Assembly (NCBI GenBank): GCA_032718475.1
Contig: JAUCBJ010007653.1
Span: 1 to 43,269 of the forward strand
DNA length: 43,269 bases
Reading direction: 5' to 3'
From: Nemertoderma westbladi
Lineage: Eukaryota > Animalia > Xenacoelomorpha
Shown here in pieces: positions 12,301 through 21,956 of the stretch. The stretch's first letter is position 1, and each line of letters starts with the position of its first letter. The notes beneath the pieces are model-generated. The model saw nothing but the letters and a program-made list of their open reading frames with translations, did not search any database and had not been told where the DNA came from. A program made the position numbers and the translations under genes.

Positions 12301-14291
12301 GTAACGTAAGTAGAGAATCGACATTACTTCACCCGTAGTGTAACGTAAGTAGAGAATCGACATTACTTCACCCGTAGTGTAACGTAAGTAGAGAATCGAC
12401 ATTACTTCACCCGTAGTGTAACGTAAGTAGAGAATCGACATTACTTCACCCGTAGTGTAACGTAAGTAGAAAATCGACATTACTTCACCCGTAGTGTAAC
12501 GTAAGTAGAGAATCGACATTACTTCACCCGTAGTGTAACGTATGAAGAGAATAGACATTACTTCACCCGTATTGTAACGTAAGTAGAGAATCGACATTAC
12601 TTCACCCGTAGTGTAACGTAAGCAGAGAATCGACATTACTTCACCCGCAGTGTAACGTAAGTAGAGAATCGACATTACTTCACCCGTAGTGTAACGTAAG
12701 TAGAGAATCGACATTACTTCACCCGTAGTGTAACGTAAGTAGAGAATCGACATTACTTCACCCGTAGTGTAACGTATGAAGAGAATAGACATTACTTCAC
12801 CCGTATTGTAACGTAAGTAGAAAATCGACATTACTTCACCCGTAGTGTAACGTAAGCAGAGAATCGACATTACTTCACCCGTAGTGTAACGTAAGTAGAG
12901 AATCGACATTACTTCACCCGTAGTGTAACGTAAGTAGAGAATCGACATTACTTCACCCGTAGTGTAACGTAAGTAGAGAATCGACATTACTTCACCCGTA
13001 GTGTAACGTAAGTAGAGAATCGACATTACTTCACCCGTAGTGTAACGTAAGCAGAGAATCGACATTACTTCACCCGTAGTGTAACGTAAGTAGAGAATCG
13101 ACATTACTTCACCCGTAGTGTAACGTAAGCAGAGAATCGACATTACTTCACCCGTAGTGTAACGTAAGTAGAGAATCGACATTACTTCACCCGTAGTGTA
13201 ACGTAAGTAGAAAATCGACATTACTTCACCCGTAGTGTAACGTAAGTAGAAAATCGACATTACTTCACCCGTAGTGTAACGTAAGTAGAGAATCGACATT
13301 ACTTCACCCGTAGTGTAACGTATGAAGAGAATAGACATTACTTCACCCGTATTGTAACGTAAGTAGAGAATCGACATTACTTCACCCATAGTGTAACGTA
13401 AGCAGAGAATCGACATTACTTCACCCGTAGTGTAACGTAAGTAGAGAATCGACATTACTTCACCCGTAGTGTAACGTAAGTAGAGAATCGACATTACTTC
13501 ACCCGTAGTGTAACGTATGAAGAGAATAGACATTACTTCACCCGTAGTGTAACGTATGAAGAGAATAGACATTACTTCACCCGTATTGTAACGTATGAAG
13601 AGAATAGACATTACTTCACCCGTATTGTAACGTAAGTAGAGAATCGACATTACTTCACCCGTAGTGTAACGTAAGTAGAGAATCGACATTACTTCACCCG
13701 TAGTGTAACGTAAGTAGAGAATCGACATTACTTCACCCGTAGTGTAACGTATGAAGAGAATAGACATTACTTCACCCGTATTGTAACGTATGAAGAGAAT
13801 AGACATTACTTCACCCGTATTGTAACGTATGAAGAGAATAGACATTACTTCACCCGTATTGTAACGTAAGTAGAGAATCGACATTACTTCACCCGTAGTG
13901 TAACGTAAGTAGAGAATCGACATTACTTCACCCGTAGTGTAACGTAAGTAGAGAATCGACATTACTTCACCCGTAGTGTAACGTAAGTAGAGAATCGACA
14001 TTACTTCACCGTAGTGTAACGTAGCAGAGAATCGACATTACTTCACCCGTAGTGTAACGTAAGTAGAGAATCGACATTACTTCACCCGTAGTGTAACGTA
14101 AGTAGAGAATCGACATTACTTCACCCGTAGTGTAACGTATGAAGAGAATAGACATTACTTCACCCGTATTGTAACGTATGAAGAGAATAGACATTACTTC
14201 ACCCGTATTGTAACGTAAGTAGAGAATCGACATTACTTCACCCATAGTGTAACGTAAGTAGAGAATCGACATTACTTCACCCGTAGTGTAA
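3377..14291. repeat. 39-bp satellite array, left part, about 280 copies (GTAGTGTAACGTAAGTAGAGAATCGACATTACTTCACCC)
   Basis: Continuous, highly homogeneous tandem units with a few recurrent variants and occasional 38/40/41-bp units. Source of the MSILYLRYTTGEV pseudo-ORFs. Confidence 0.98.
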
Positions 14292-14380
14292 TGTAGTATG
14301 CAGCCAGATATATATAATCATCAGTCTGTTAGTGCTATATCAATGCCGTCATAGCCATGGCCTAATGTATAACCACTACA
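14292..14380 (-). repeat. Gypsy 3' LTR (89 bp)
   Basis: Direct repeat of 17635-17723 with TG...CA ends. Confidence 0.95.
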
Positions 14381-14394
14381 CTACTCTCTTCCCC
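14381..14394 (-). other. Polypurine tract of the Gypsy element
   Basis: Minus strand reads GGGGAAGAGAGTAG immediately before the 3' LTR. Confidence 0.85.
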
Positions 14395-14477
14395 AACACC
14401 AACATAAGACAAATAAAAAAAACCAACACAAACACCAACAGAAAACAAAGTCTTCCATATTATAGTTTATAGTCACT

Positions 14478-16727
14478 TTAAACCCCATAAAATTGAGTTT
14501 GCTTACGTTCACGACGAGGGTATTGTTTATTAGCTGTTTGAGCTTCCACTTGGTTCTCTTCCATTCTATCAAAAACCCCATAAAATTGAGTTTGCTTACG
14601 TTCACGATGAGGGTATTGTTTATTAGCTGTTTGAGCTTCCACTTGGTTCTCTTCCATCGTTTCAACGACTTCACTAGGTGGGTGCAGTTTGCTCTGCCCC
14701 TTCTCAATATGGGCAGGTCTAGTTACATTTCCCCTTGGTGAAAGCTGTTGTGGTGGTTCCTGTCCAATTTGTTCGGATTGAACAGCTATAGGTAGTTGGT
14801 AAGGGTATTGAAAGTCCCCCACATGTTCAGCAACAACAGGTTTCAACATCCTACGATTCCTAGTACTGATGCGATCATCTGGACCACGTAATACAACCTT
14901 ATGACCATTGGTCTCCATGACCCGATGACCACTGTAACCATACCCAGGGGCGTTAAATTTCTTAACCATTACCGGTTGATTAACTGCAAGTGGCTCCAAT
15001 GGTTTGGCCCGATGAGTAAAGTCGTGATCACTCTTTATCTTCTGTTGACGCTGTTCATAGCCTGGATAAGTGTCAGGAGATGACATGAGTGGGAGTGAGG
15101 GTAACCTCGTACGAAGATTGGTAGCTAAATGTTCGAACAGGACCCTTGATGGGATTGCACCAGTAATTCGATGCTTGGTGTTACGGAGAGTAAAGATAAC
15201 GGTAGATAGTCGGGTTTGAAAGCCCGCATTAGAGTTAGGAGTTGCACGCATCATCTTCTTCACTGTACGGTGAACACGTTCAACCATGCCATTTGCCTGG
15301 GGATAGCGTGCAGAAATTTCCACCAGCTTACAGTTAATACTCTGTAAATATCCTTTAAATTCATAGGACCGAAATACTGGTTCATTATCTGAAACCAATG
15401 ATAATGGGAACCCGAAAGTTGCGAATATTGTATTCAAATGAGGGATGAGACGGGTTGCAGATAACGATGGCAGCGGTGTGATGTCTATGTAGCGTGAACC
15501 ATAATCAATGATACTGAGACACAATCGCCCTTCGATATGGACACCATCAATAGCCAATTGCTCCCAGGGATGGTATGATGCAGATTGGTGCAATGGTTGT
15601 GGTGGAGGCAAATCGCTAGATAGCCTACAATAGTGGCAAACTGAAACAAAATGCCGCACTGCCTGTGACAAACCAGGCCACCAGACACTAGCACGGAGTA
15701 GGTCTATGACCTTTGTAATACCAGGGTGCCCCTCATGTGCGAGTTTTATTAACATTGGACGTAAAGTAACAGGTACAACAATGCAGTTGTTGTATAATAA
15801 GATGGTGTTTTCATTAACAACAGCAGTACTCAAATCATGTCTAATTGAATAAAAAATAGACTCTGAGGCAGATAATGCATTCCAGTCATTAAAGTGTAGT
15901 CGATCCATAACCCGTGATAGTTCAGCACACATAGCAGTCTCAGTAGCCAGGAGGTTGATATCCACCAAATGTGATTCCAGTACAAGATTAACAAATATAT
16001 CAGGTATTTCCTGCTGTGTAGGCTGGACATTACTCAAAGGTGCTCGTGATAAGGTATCTGCAATGAGATTATGCTTTCCTGGAATGAATTCAACATCAAA
16101 AGCATATGGTAATAATGAAGTTAAGAAACGTCCAATCCGTGGAGGGCACTGGTCAATAGATTTCTTGAAGATTGATCGCAAAGGCTGGTGATCAGATAGC
16201 ACAATGAAATGGCGTCCGAGTAGATACTGACGAAACTTGGTGATTCCAAATACAATTGCCAAAGTCTCACGCTCAATCTGAGAGTAACGAGTCTCAGTAC
16301 TGGTAAGAGAGCGACTAGCAAATGCAACTGGTTTTAAACTACTCATGACCTTAGATGCAGCTCTCTCAGTCGATTGTAGAAGCACTGCACCTAAACCCAC
16401 TGGAGATGCATCACATTGTATATAAGTCTTGTAGTTTGTATTAAACAATTTCAATACAGGAGCAGTTGTAAGCATAACTTTTATAGTGTCAAGCGCATGT
16501 TGGCATGTATCAGTCCAGTAAAATATAGTATTGGATTTAAGAAGTTCACGGATAGGTGTGGTGATAGTGCTGAAGTGTGGCAAAAATTTTGCGAGGTATG
16601 TCGCCATGCCGAGAAATCTCTTACAATCTGTAACAGAACAAGGTGTTGGTAGAGAGGAAATTGCCTTAATCTTTTGTTGATCAGGTTTCAAACCTTCTTG
16701 GGATATAACATGTTGTATAACATGCAC
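14478..16727 (-). CDS. pol: 5'-truncated Gypsy pol: RT thumb/connection, RNase H, integrase
   Basis: HVISQEGLKPD (end of RT). RNase H motifs QCDAS..GLGAVL, YSQIERETLAI, SDHQPL, IADTLSR. Integrase zinc finger HEGH...CHYC and DDE core (AIDG, VSDN, NGMVER). No protease motif and no YxDD. Confidence 0.9.
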   Translation of the reverse strand: MHVIQHVISQEGLKPDQQKIKAISSLPTPCSVTDCKRFLGMATYLAKFLPHFSTITTPIRELLKSNTIFYWTDTCQHALDTIKVMLTTAPVLKLFNTNYKTYIQCDASPVGLGAVLLQSTERAASKVMSSLKPVAFASRSLTSTETRYSQIERETLAIVFGITKFRQYLLGRHFIVLSDHQPLRSIFKKSIDQCPPRIGRFLTSLLPYAFDVEFIPGKHNLIADTLSRAPLSNVQPTQQEIPDIFVNLVLESHLVDINLLATETAMCAELSRVMDRLHFNDWNALSASESIFYSIRHDLSTAVVNENTILLYNNCIVVPVTLRPMLIKLAHEGHPGITKVIDLLRASVWWPGLSQAVRHFVSVCHYCRLSSDLPPPQPLHQSASYHPWEQLAIDGVHIEGRLCLSIIDYGSRYIDITPLPSLSATRLIPHLNTIFATFGFPLSLVSDNEPVFRSYEFKGYLQSINCKLVEISARYPQANGMVERVHRTVKKMMRATPNSNAGFQTRLSTVIFTLRNTKHRITGAIPSRVLFEHLATNLRTRLPSLPLMSSPDTYPGYEQRQQKIKSDHDFTHRAKPLEPLAVNQPVMVKKFNAPGYGYSGHRVMETNGHKVVLRGPDDRISTRNRRMLKPVVAEHVGDFQYPYQLPIAVQSEQIGQEPPQQLSPRGNVTRPAHIEKGQSKLHPPSEVVETMEENQVEAQTANKQYPHRERKQTQFYGVFDRMEENQVEAQTANKQYPRRERKQTQFYGV

Positions 16728-17440
16728 TGTGCCACCCCTCCAGATACTAAATTACTACTTCCAGTACTGCGAAAGTTAGATGGAGTAGATGGAAGAGAAC
16801 GGCCACCTGGCCCACCTGGTCGTACAGCCAAAACATCTGAAGATGAACTACTGGTACCGGAAATCCTTACTGACTCACCTGTCATCTTTATTATCTCATT
16901 ACCTCCAGATGTAGCAGCCTCAAAGGCCCCAGCAAGGTTCCTTATATCTGTCAGTGTAGATGTTGGCGATTGTTGTAGAAGTTGTCGACGTAACTCGTCG
17001 TTCTGGACTCCACAGATAAATGCATCTCGAAGTTTACTTTCGGGCGTCTCTTTTTCAAGTTCACAGAGTTTGGCAAGTTCACTTAATCCAGTAAAATAAA
17101 CAGCAATTGTCTCACCGTCTCGTTGGCGGCGTGACATAAACCGGTGTCGCATAACTAAAATGTTGTGTTGTGGAGCGAAATACCGCTCAAAATCTTCCAA
17201 TAAATGTTCCATTGTGCGTTCACGAACATCATTATAAATAAAATTTTGCGATGCTATTTTCTGAGCCCCCTTTCCAATACATGTCATGAGCGAACCAACT
17301 TTCTTCGACTCAGATACCCCATCATCCCGGAGCTCAATCGCATCGACCCAGTACTCGAAAGAGTCCTTCCATTCTCGAAACTCGAGAGCCATGTTTTCAG
17401 CCTGGCAGTCCAGGTTTGCGGGCGCCGGATATTTAGCCAT
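16688..17440 (-). CDS. gag: Gypsy Gag (C-terminally truncated at the deletion junction)
   Basis: Typical Mag-like Gag features: WKDSFEYW, LMTCIG, FERYFAPQHN..RHRFMSRRQRDGETI..Y...L..LAKLCE, LRDAFICGV. Lies directly after the PBS/leader. No zinc knuckle. Confidence 0.85.
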   Translation of the reverse strand: MAKYPAPANLDCQAENMALEFREWKDSFEYWVDAIELRDDGVSESKKVGSLMTCIGKGAQKIASQNFIYNDVRERTMEHLLEDFERYFAPQHNILVMRHRFMSRRQRDGETIAVYFTGLSELAKLCELEKETPESKLRDAFICGVQNDELRRQLLQQSPTSTLTDIRNLAGAFEAATSGGNEIIKMTGESVRISGTSSSSSDVLAVRPGGPGGRSLPSTPSNFRSTGSSNLVSGGVAQCMLYNMLYPKKV

Positions 17441-17617
17441 TATGATTACCGATTACCAGTCCAGTAGCTTTTAACCCAAACACGAAATACCAAAGTTACA
17501 CCAGATACCAGTTTAAATATTATATTATTACAGTTTACTGTATTATTATGCCAGAATGCAGGAATGTTGGAATACCGAACAGCCAGAGGCCTACCGCAGT
17601 ACCGGTACCTACCGGTA

Positions 17618-17633
17618 CCTACACACTGCGCCA
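17618..17633 (-). other. Primer binding site, tRNA-Ser-like
   Basis: Minus strand reads TGGCGCAGTGTGTAGG one base after the 5' LTR, resembling the complement of tRNA-Ser 3' ends. Confidence 0.7.
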
Positions 17634-17634
17634 A

Positions 17635-17723
17635 TGTAGTATGCAGCCAGATATATATAATCATCAGTCTGTTAATGCTATATCAATGCCGTCATAGCCA
17701 TGGCCTAATGTATAACCACTACA
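17635..17723 (-). repeat. Gypsy 5' LTR (89 bp)
   Basis: Direct repeat of 14292-14380. Confidence 0.95.
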
Positions 17724-18266
17724 TGTAACGTAAGTAGAGAATCGACATTACTTCACCCGTAGTGTAACATAAGCAGAGAATCGACATTACTTCACCCGTA
17801 GTGTAACGTACAGCAGAGAATCGACATTACTTCCCCCCTAGTGTAACGTAAGTAGAGAATCGACATTACTTCACCCGTAGTGTAACGTAAGTAGAGAATC
17901 GACATTACTTCACCCGTAGTGTAACGTAAGTAGAGAATCGACATTACTTCACCCGTAGTGTAACGTAAGTAGAGAATCGACATTACTTCACCCGTAGTGT
18001 AACGTAAGTAGAGAATCGACATTACTTCACCCGTAGTGTAACGTAAGTAGAGAATCGACATTACTTCACCTGTAGTGTAACGTAAGTAGAGAATCGACAT
18101 TACTTCACCCGTAGTGTAACATAAGTAGAGAATCGACATTACTTCACCCGTAGTGTAACGTAAGTAGAGAATCGACATTACTTCACCCGTAGTGTAACAT
18201 AAGTAGAGAATCGACATTACTTCACCCGTAGTGTAACGTAAGTAGAAAATCGACATTACTTCACCC
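17724..18266. repeat. 39-bp satellite array, right part, about 14 copies
   Basis: The same unit resumes in register after the TSD. Confidence 0.97.
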
Positions 18267-19151
18267 CGCCAGCTTATTACATTCATTATTATTAAATACC
18301 TTTTATCTTTATTTAGCTCGGGAATTATTGCTATGAATTTTTAAAATAAACAAAGTTTCATCATTAATAGACACATTGATTGCTCCTATACAATGCAAGT
18401 TTATCATTCTATACAACTTTGAGTTATTTTATAAATATACTATAATAAAAAATAATATAACTATAAAAATTTGCAAATAATTATCGTTTTGACAATTCGT
18501 TTTCTATATTCGATGTAAAATTATTTATTTGATAAGATAAGATTTCCGGTACAAGATATTTGGAGAAACTCCAGGCAGCAGAGTAGCGCACAGATGTAAA
18601 ATTTTCAGAGTCAACAAGATTGTGTAATATTTGATACGTGAACCAAATCGATATGAAACTTACGTAATTCAACGGTTACATATATAAAAATGAGATCCTA
18701 CGTAGTACATCGTAAACCAACATTCACCGATTGAATAATATGGAGTATGGAGTGTTTGGAGGTAACACGTTGTGGTAAAACGTTCCAAACAATAGTTATT
18801 TCGAGTGTAGGCCTAGAACGTGGACCAATGAGTAACACATGCACTGATAAATTAATTATTTATAAATATACATTCGTACAAAATATATTCACCTGTAGGT
18901 GTAGTGCCTTTATTAAATAATCGATAATATTAATAATGTCCTGTTACCGGTTACCGAGTTTTTTTTTCTATTATATTTCTTTATAATTCGCACGAGACGA
19001 CAATTTTTTCAATATTAAAATGGAAGGTCACTGTCACGATAATAAAAATAAGTAAAATAGAGAGTGATTAAAATGTACTTAAGTAAAATAAAACATAAAC
19101 ACTAAACAGCCTGATCACACGAATTCCAATCGAGTTAACATAAAATCAAAT

Positions 19152-19695
19152 TGTTAGCGAATCAATTCCGCCTCACCAAACCCCATAAAGTGAGCCATTA
19201 AACCGTAAAGCAATATTGGGAGCACGAGGTTGATTACCAATATCAACCTCGTGTCACCCCAATAAAGTGGGAAGGGAAGGAGAAACACACAATAGGGGTC
19301 AGGGGCCAAACCCCTAACCGAGAGAGAACACAGGGAGTGAAGGGAAACACACCAGGGAAGGTGAAAGGGTGCCAACAGGGATATTAGCCAATGGGGTGAC
19401 AGCATCGACTAGGTACAGTAATAAGGCCAAACCGTGCAATATATATTACCGGTCGATGCAACAGTTGTTTAGTTATCTCAGTCTGTCACTACAGTCACGG
19501 TAGTACGGTGACAATTTAGACCGTCATCGCCGTCACCAGTTTACTCAGTAATTACCGGTCAACTGCTATCTGCTATCTATATTTACCATATTATACATAT
19601 TACCGAACATCAGAACTCTTTTACCTTTCACACACGGCGGGGACGCGTACATAAGCGACACCGGATAAACCGGGATCCTCTCGGATCCCGTCACA
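19152..19695 (+). repeat. BEL/Pao 5' LTR (544 bp)
   Basis: Direct repeat of 26721-27264 with TG...CA ends. Confidence 0.95.
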
Positions 19696-19748
19696 GTCTA
19701 AATTCTAGGCCTGCCGAACTGTAGCTGATAGCCACCGAAAGACTGAAG

Positions 19749-21875
19749 ATGAGTAGAGAAGGAAAGACGACACCGCCGCGGACCCCGGACGGAGACCTAA
19801 CGATCCGTGAGGCTGCGACGCGACGATACGGACCCACGACACCGGTCGATGCTACGTCGACCACGTCGATAACGAGTAACCCGGCGAACCAAGATGTGGG
19901 GGGTCGTCTACGAGGAGAGAGCGAGTCGAGTAGAGGAGAGAGTGAGACGGGAGAGGAGAGAGACGAGTCGACACAGGGCGGCGGTCGATATGCCGATGTC
20001 GCCGGCCAGCCGCAGGCCGAGGGCGACGGACGGGCCACCGGAACGGCAACGGTGGAGCCGACGGTACGACGCCGAACCCGGAGGGAGAGAGGAGATGTCG
20101 ACGACGAGGACGTCGGGGTCGTCCGGCTCCGACAAGCCTACGCCGCGACCCGGGAACAACTGAAGGAAGCTAGAGGAGGGGCTGAGATAGACCAGGTGAA
20201 GTTGAGGAGACGACTAGGTGAGTCGAACAGATACTTTGATTACCTAGTGCGTTCTGGGCAGGGAGAACTGGCCGAGGAGAGAGCGAGAGGGGTTGCCTTC
20301 GAACTGTTTGGGCTATGGGAACGTAGGGGTATGGGGCCTGGTGTAGTGTACATAGGGCCATACTTAGTCGATGCCAGGGAAGTTAAGTTAATGGGTTGGG
20401 CGGGACCGCACGAGGGCGAATCTGAGGTTAGCTCCGAGGATTCGGCCTCGTCGGTCAGCGAGGACCCCGGAAAGCGGGGGAAAGTTAGTAGGACGGAGGG
20501 GCGGCGGGAGTCCGTCGCAACCGATAAGTCTGCTACATCCTCCGCAAAAGAAAGAAGGGTGCAGGAGATAAATCTGGCAGCGTATGAATTAAAAACTAGA
20601 GAGATATTAGAGAGAACTAGAGAGAAATTAGAGTGGATAATGGGGAGAAGGAAGGAGCAAGAGAGTGAACGCGAAGAGCGTGAGGCAAGAGAACAGAGCG
20701 TGCGGTACACGTACAGTACGTACAGCAACCGTACGGGTGGGGGGGGTAGTAGTAGTACGTTAGGAAATGTTGGTATTAATAGTACCGTAGTAAATAACCC
20801 TAATCCCTTTATTACAGGAAATATTTTACCCGGTAGTAGTAATTTAAGTTTAAATTCAAATAATAATATTAATTCAAATATTCAGAATAATCAAAATAAT
20901 TCAAATAATTCGAATAGCAATTTAAATTTTGAAAATAATAATAATTCTAACTTAAATAATTTAAATAATAATCCCGTTTCAAATTCTAATAATTTAATTG
21001 ATTTAACAAATAATATTGGGAATGGTGCTATTAATATGAACGCGTCAGACGTGTATAGCCCGGCAGGCGGCGGCCTGGTAGGCCACGTAGTTAGTAGGCA
21101 GGAGGTGGCGGGGTTGAGCCAACCCGACGGCGGCCTGGTAGGCCACGTAGTTGGTAGGCAGGAGGTAGCGGGGTTGAGCCAACCCGAGGTGGGCCTGGTA
21201 GGCCTCGCAGTAGTAGAGAGAGAAGCGGGGGTGAATAGACCCAGCCGTAGTAGAGACAGTGTGTCGACTAGAGAGGGGTGTAGAGACGAAGTAAGAGATA
21301 TTGAAGTTAGATGTGGCGGGTGGGGGGGGCTACGGGCGCCCCACCACATGAGATTAGCGGCGAGAGAGGGGGGGGCAGAGAATGCCCCACAAGAGGGGTG
21401 TAGAAGTGTAGTAAGAGGTAGTGAAGTTAGAAGTGGCGGGTGGGGGGGGGGGGCTACGGGCGCCCCACCACAGAAGATTAGTGGCGAGAGAAAGGGGGTA
21501 GAGAGTGTCCGACAAGAGGGACGCAGAAGTGTAGTAAGAGATAGTGAAGTTAGAAGTAGCGGGTGGGGGGGGGCTACGGGCACCCCACCGCGAGAGATTA
21601 GTAGCGAGAGAGGGGGGGCAGAGAGTGTCCCACAGGCGTCGGCGGATAATGCGCGGGCCGAATTAGGTAAACCGCAACACCCGGCGACGGAGAGTAATAG
21701 GGGGATTGCGAGTATCCCCAGCGGCGTGCGATCGAGCAGAGAGAGACAGGTTGACGTCGCGAGAGGGCGGGGGACGGAACGTCGAGCCCAGTCAGAAGAG
21801 AGAAGATTAGTAGAGTTTAATAGAGAGGTCGAAGATAGAAGAAGATTAGTAGAGTTTAACCGAGAGGTCGAATAG
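19749..21875 (+). CDS. N-terminal low-complexity part of the BEL/Pao Gag polyprotein (charged/coiled-coil, Asn-rich tract, internal repeats)
   Basis: 708-aa ORF starting 54 bp after the LTR. Same frame as the next ORF and separated from it only by TAG 21873-21875. Confidence 0.7.
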   Translation: MSREGKTTPPRTPDGDLTIREAATRRYGPTTPVDATSTTSITSNPANQDVGGRLRGESESSRGESETGEERDESTQGGGRYADVAGQPQAEGDGRATGTATVEPTVRRRTRRERGDVDDEDVGVVRLRQAYAATREQLKEARGGAEIDQVKLRRRLGESNRYFDYLVRSGQGELAEERARGVAFELFGLWERRGMGPGVVYIGPYLVDAREVKLMGWAGPHEGESEVSSEDSASSVSEDPGKRGKVSRTEGRRESVATDKSATSSAKERRVQEINLAAYELKTREILERTREKLEWIMGRRKEQESEREEREAREQSVRYTYSTYSNRTGGGGSSSTLGNVGINSTVVNNPNPFITGNILPGSSNLSLNSNNNINSNIQNNQNNSNNSNSNLNFENNNNSNLNNLNNNPVSNSNNLIDLTNNIGNGAINMNASDVYSPAGGGLVGHVVSRQEVAGLSQPDGGLVGHVVGRQEVAGLSQPEVGLVGLAVVEREAGVNRPSRSRDSVSTREGCRDEVRDIEVRCGGWGGLRAPHHMRLAAREGGAENAPQEGCRSVVRGSEVRSGGWGGGATGAPPQKISGERKGVESVRQEGRRSVVRDSEVRSSGWGGATGTPPREISSERGGAESVPQASADNARAELGKPQHPATESNRGIASIPSGVRSSRERQVDVARGRGTERRAQSEERRLVEFNREVEDRRRLVEFNREVE

Positions 21876-21956
21876 AGAAGAAAGGAAGATAATAGAAGAG
21901 TCGTTGCTAGGAGCAACCGGAGAGCGAGGACGGATAGCGAGCCGTCGATAGTAGAG

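Larger units (their letters stand above)
14292..17723 (-). mobile_element. Ty3/Gypsy (Mag-like) LTR retrotransposon, internally deleted, 3432 bp
   Basis: 89-bp LTRs TGTAGT...ACTACA at 14292-14380 and 17635-17723 with 1 mismatch. TSD TGTAA at 14287-14291 and 17724-17728. PBS, PPT, gag and RH-IN lie on the minus strand. Confidence 0.95.

Noticed and set aside
3367-14272. Giant minus-strand ORFs of (MSILYLRYTTGEV)n, up to 1430 aa
   Set aside because: They arise because the 39-bp unit is a multiple of 3 and lacks a stop in one frame. The frame is broken by 38/40/41-bp units, synonymous variation is almost absent, and an LTR element interrupts the array.
3377-18266. CRISPR array interpretation of the satellite
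   Set aside because: Head-to-tail repeats with no unique spacers, no cas genes, and a eukaryotic context.
19154-19405. 83-aa hydrophobic minus-strand ORF, duplicated at 26723-26974
   Set aside because: Lies in the LTR; it is the antisense reading of purine-rich sequence with no recognisable motif.
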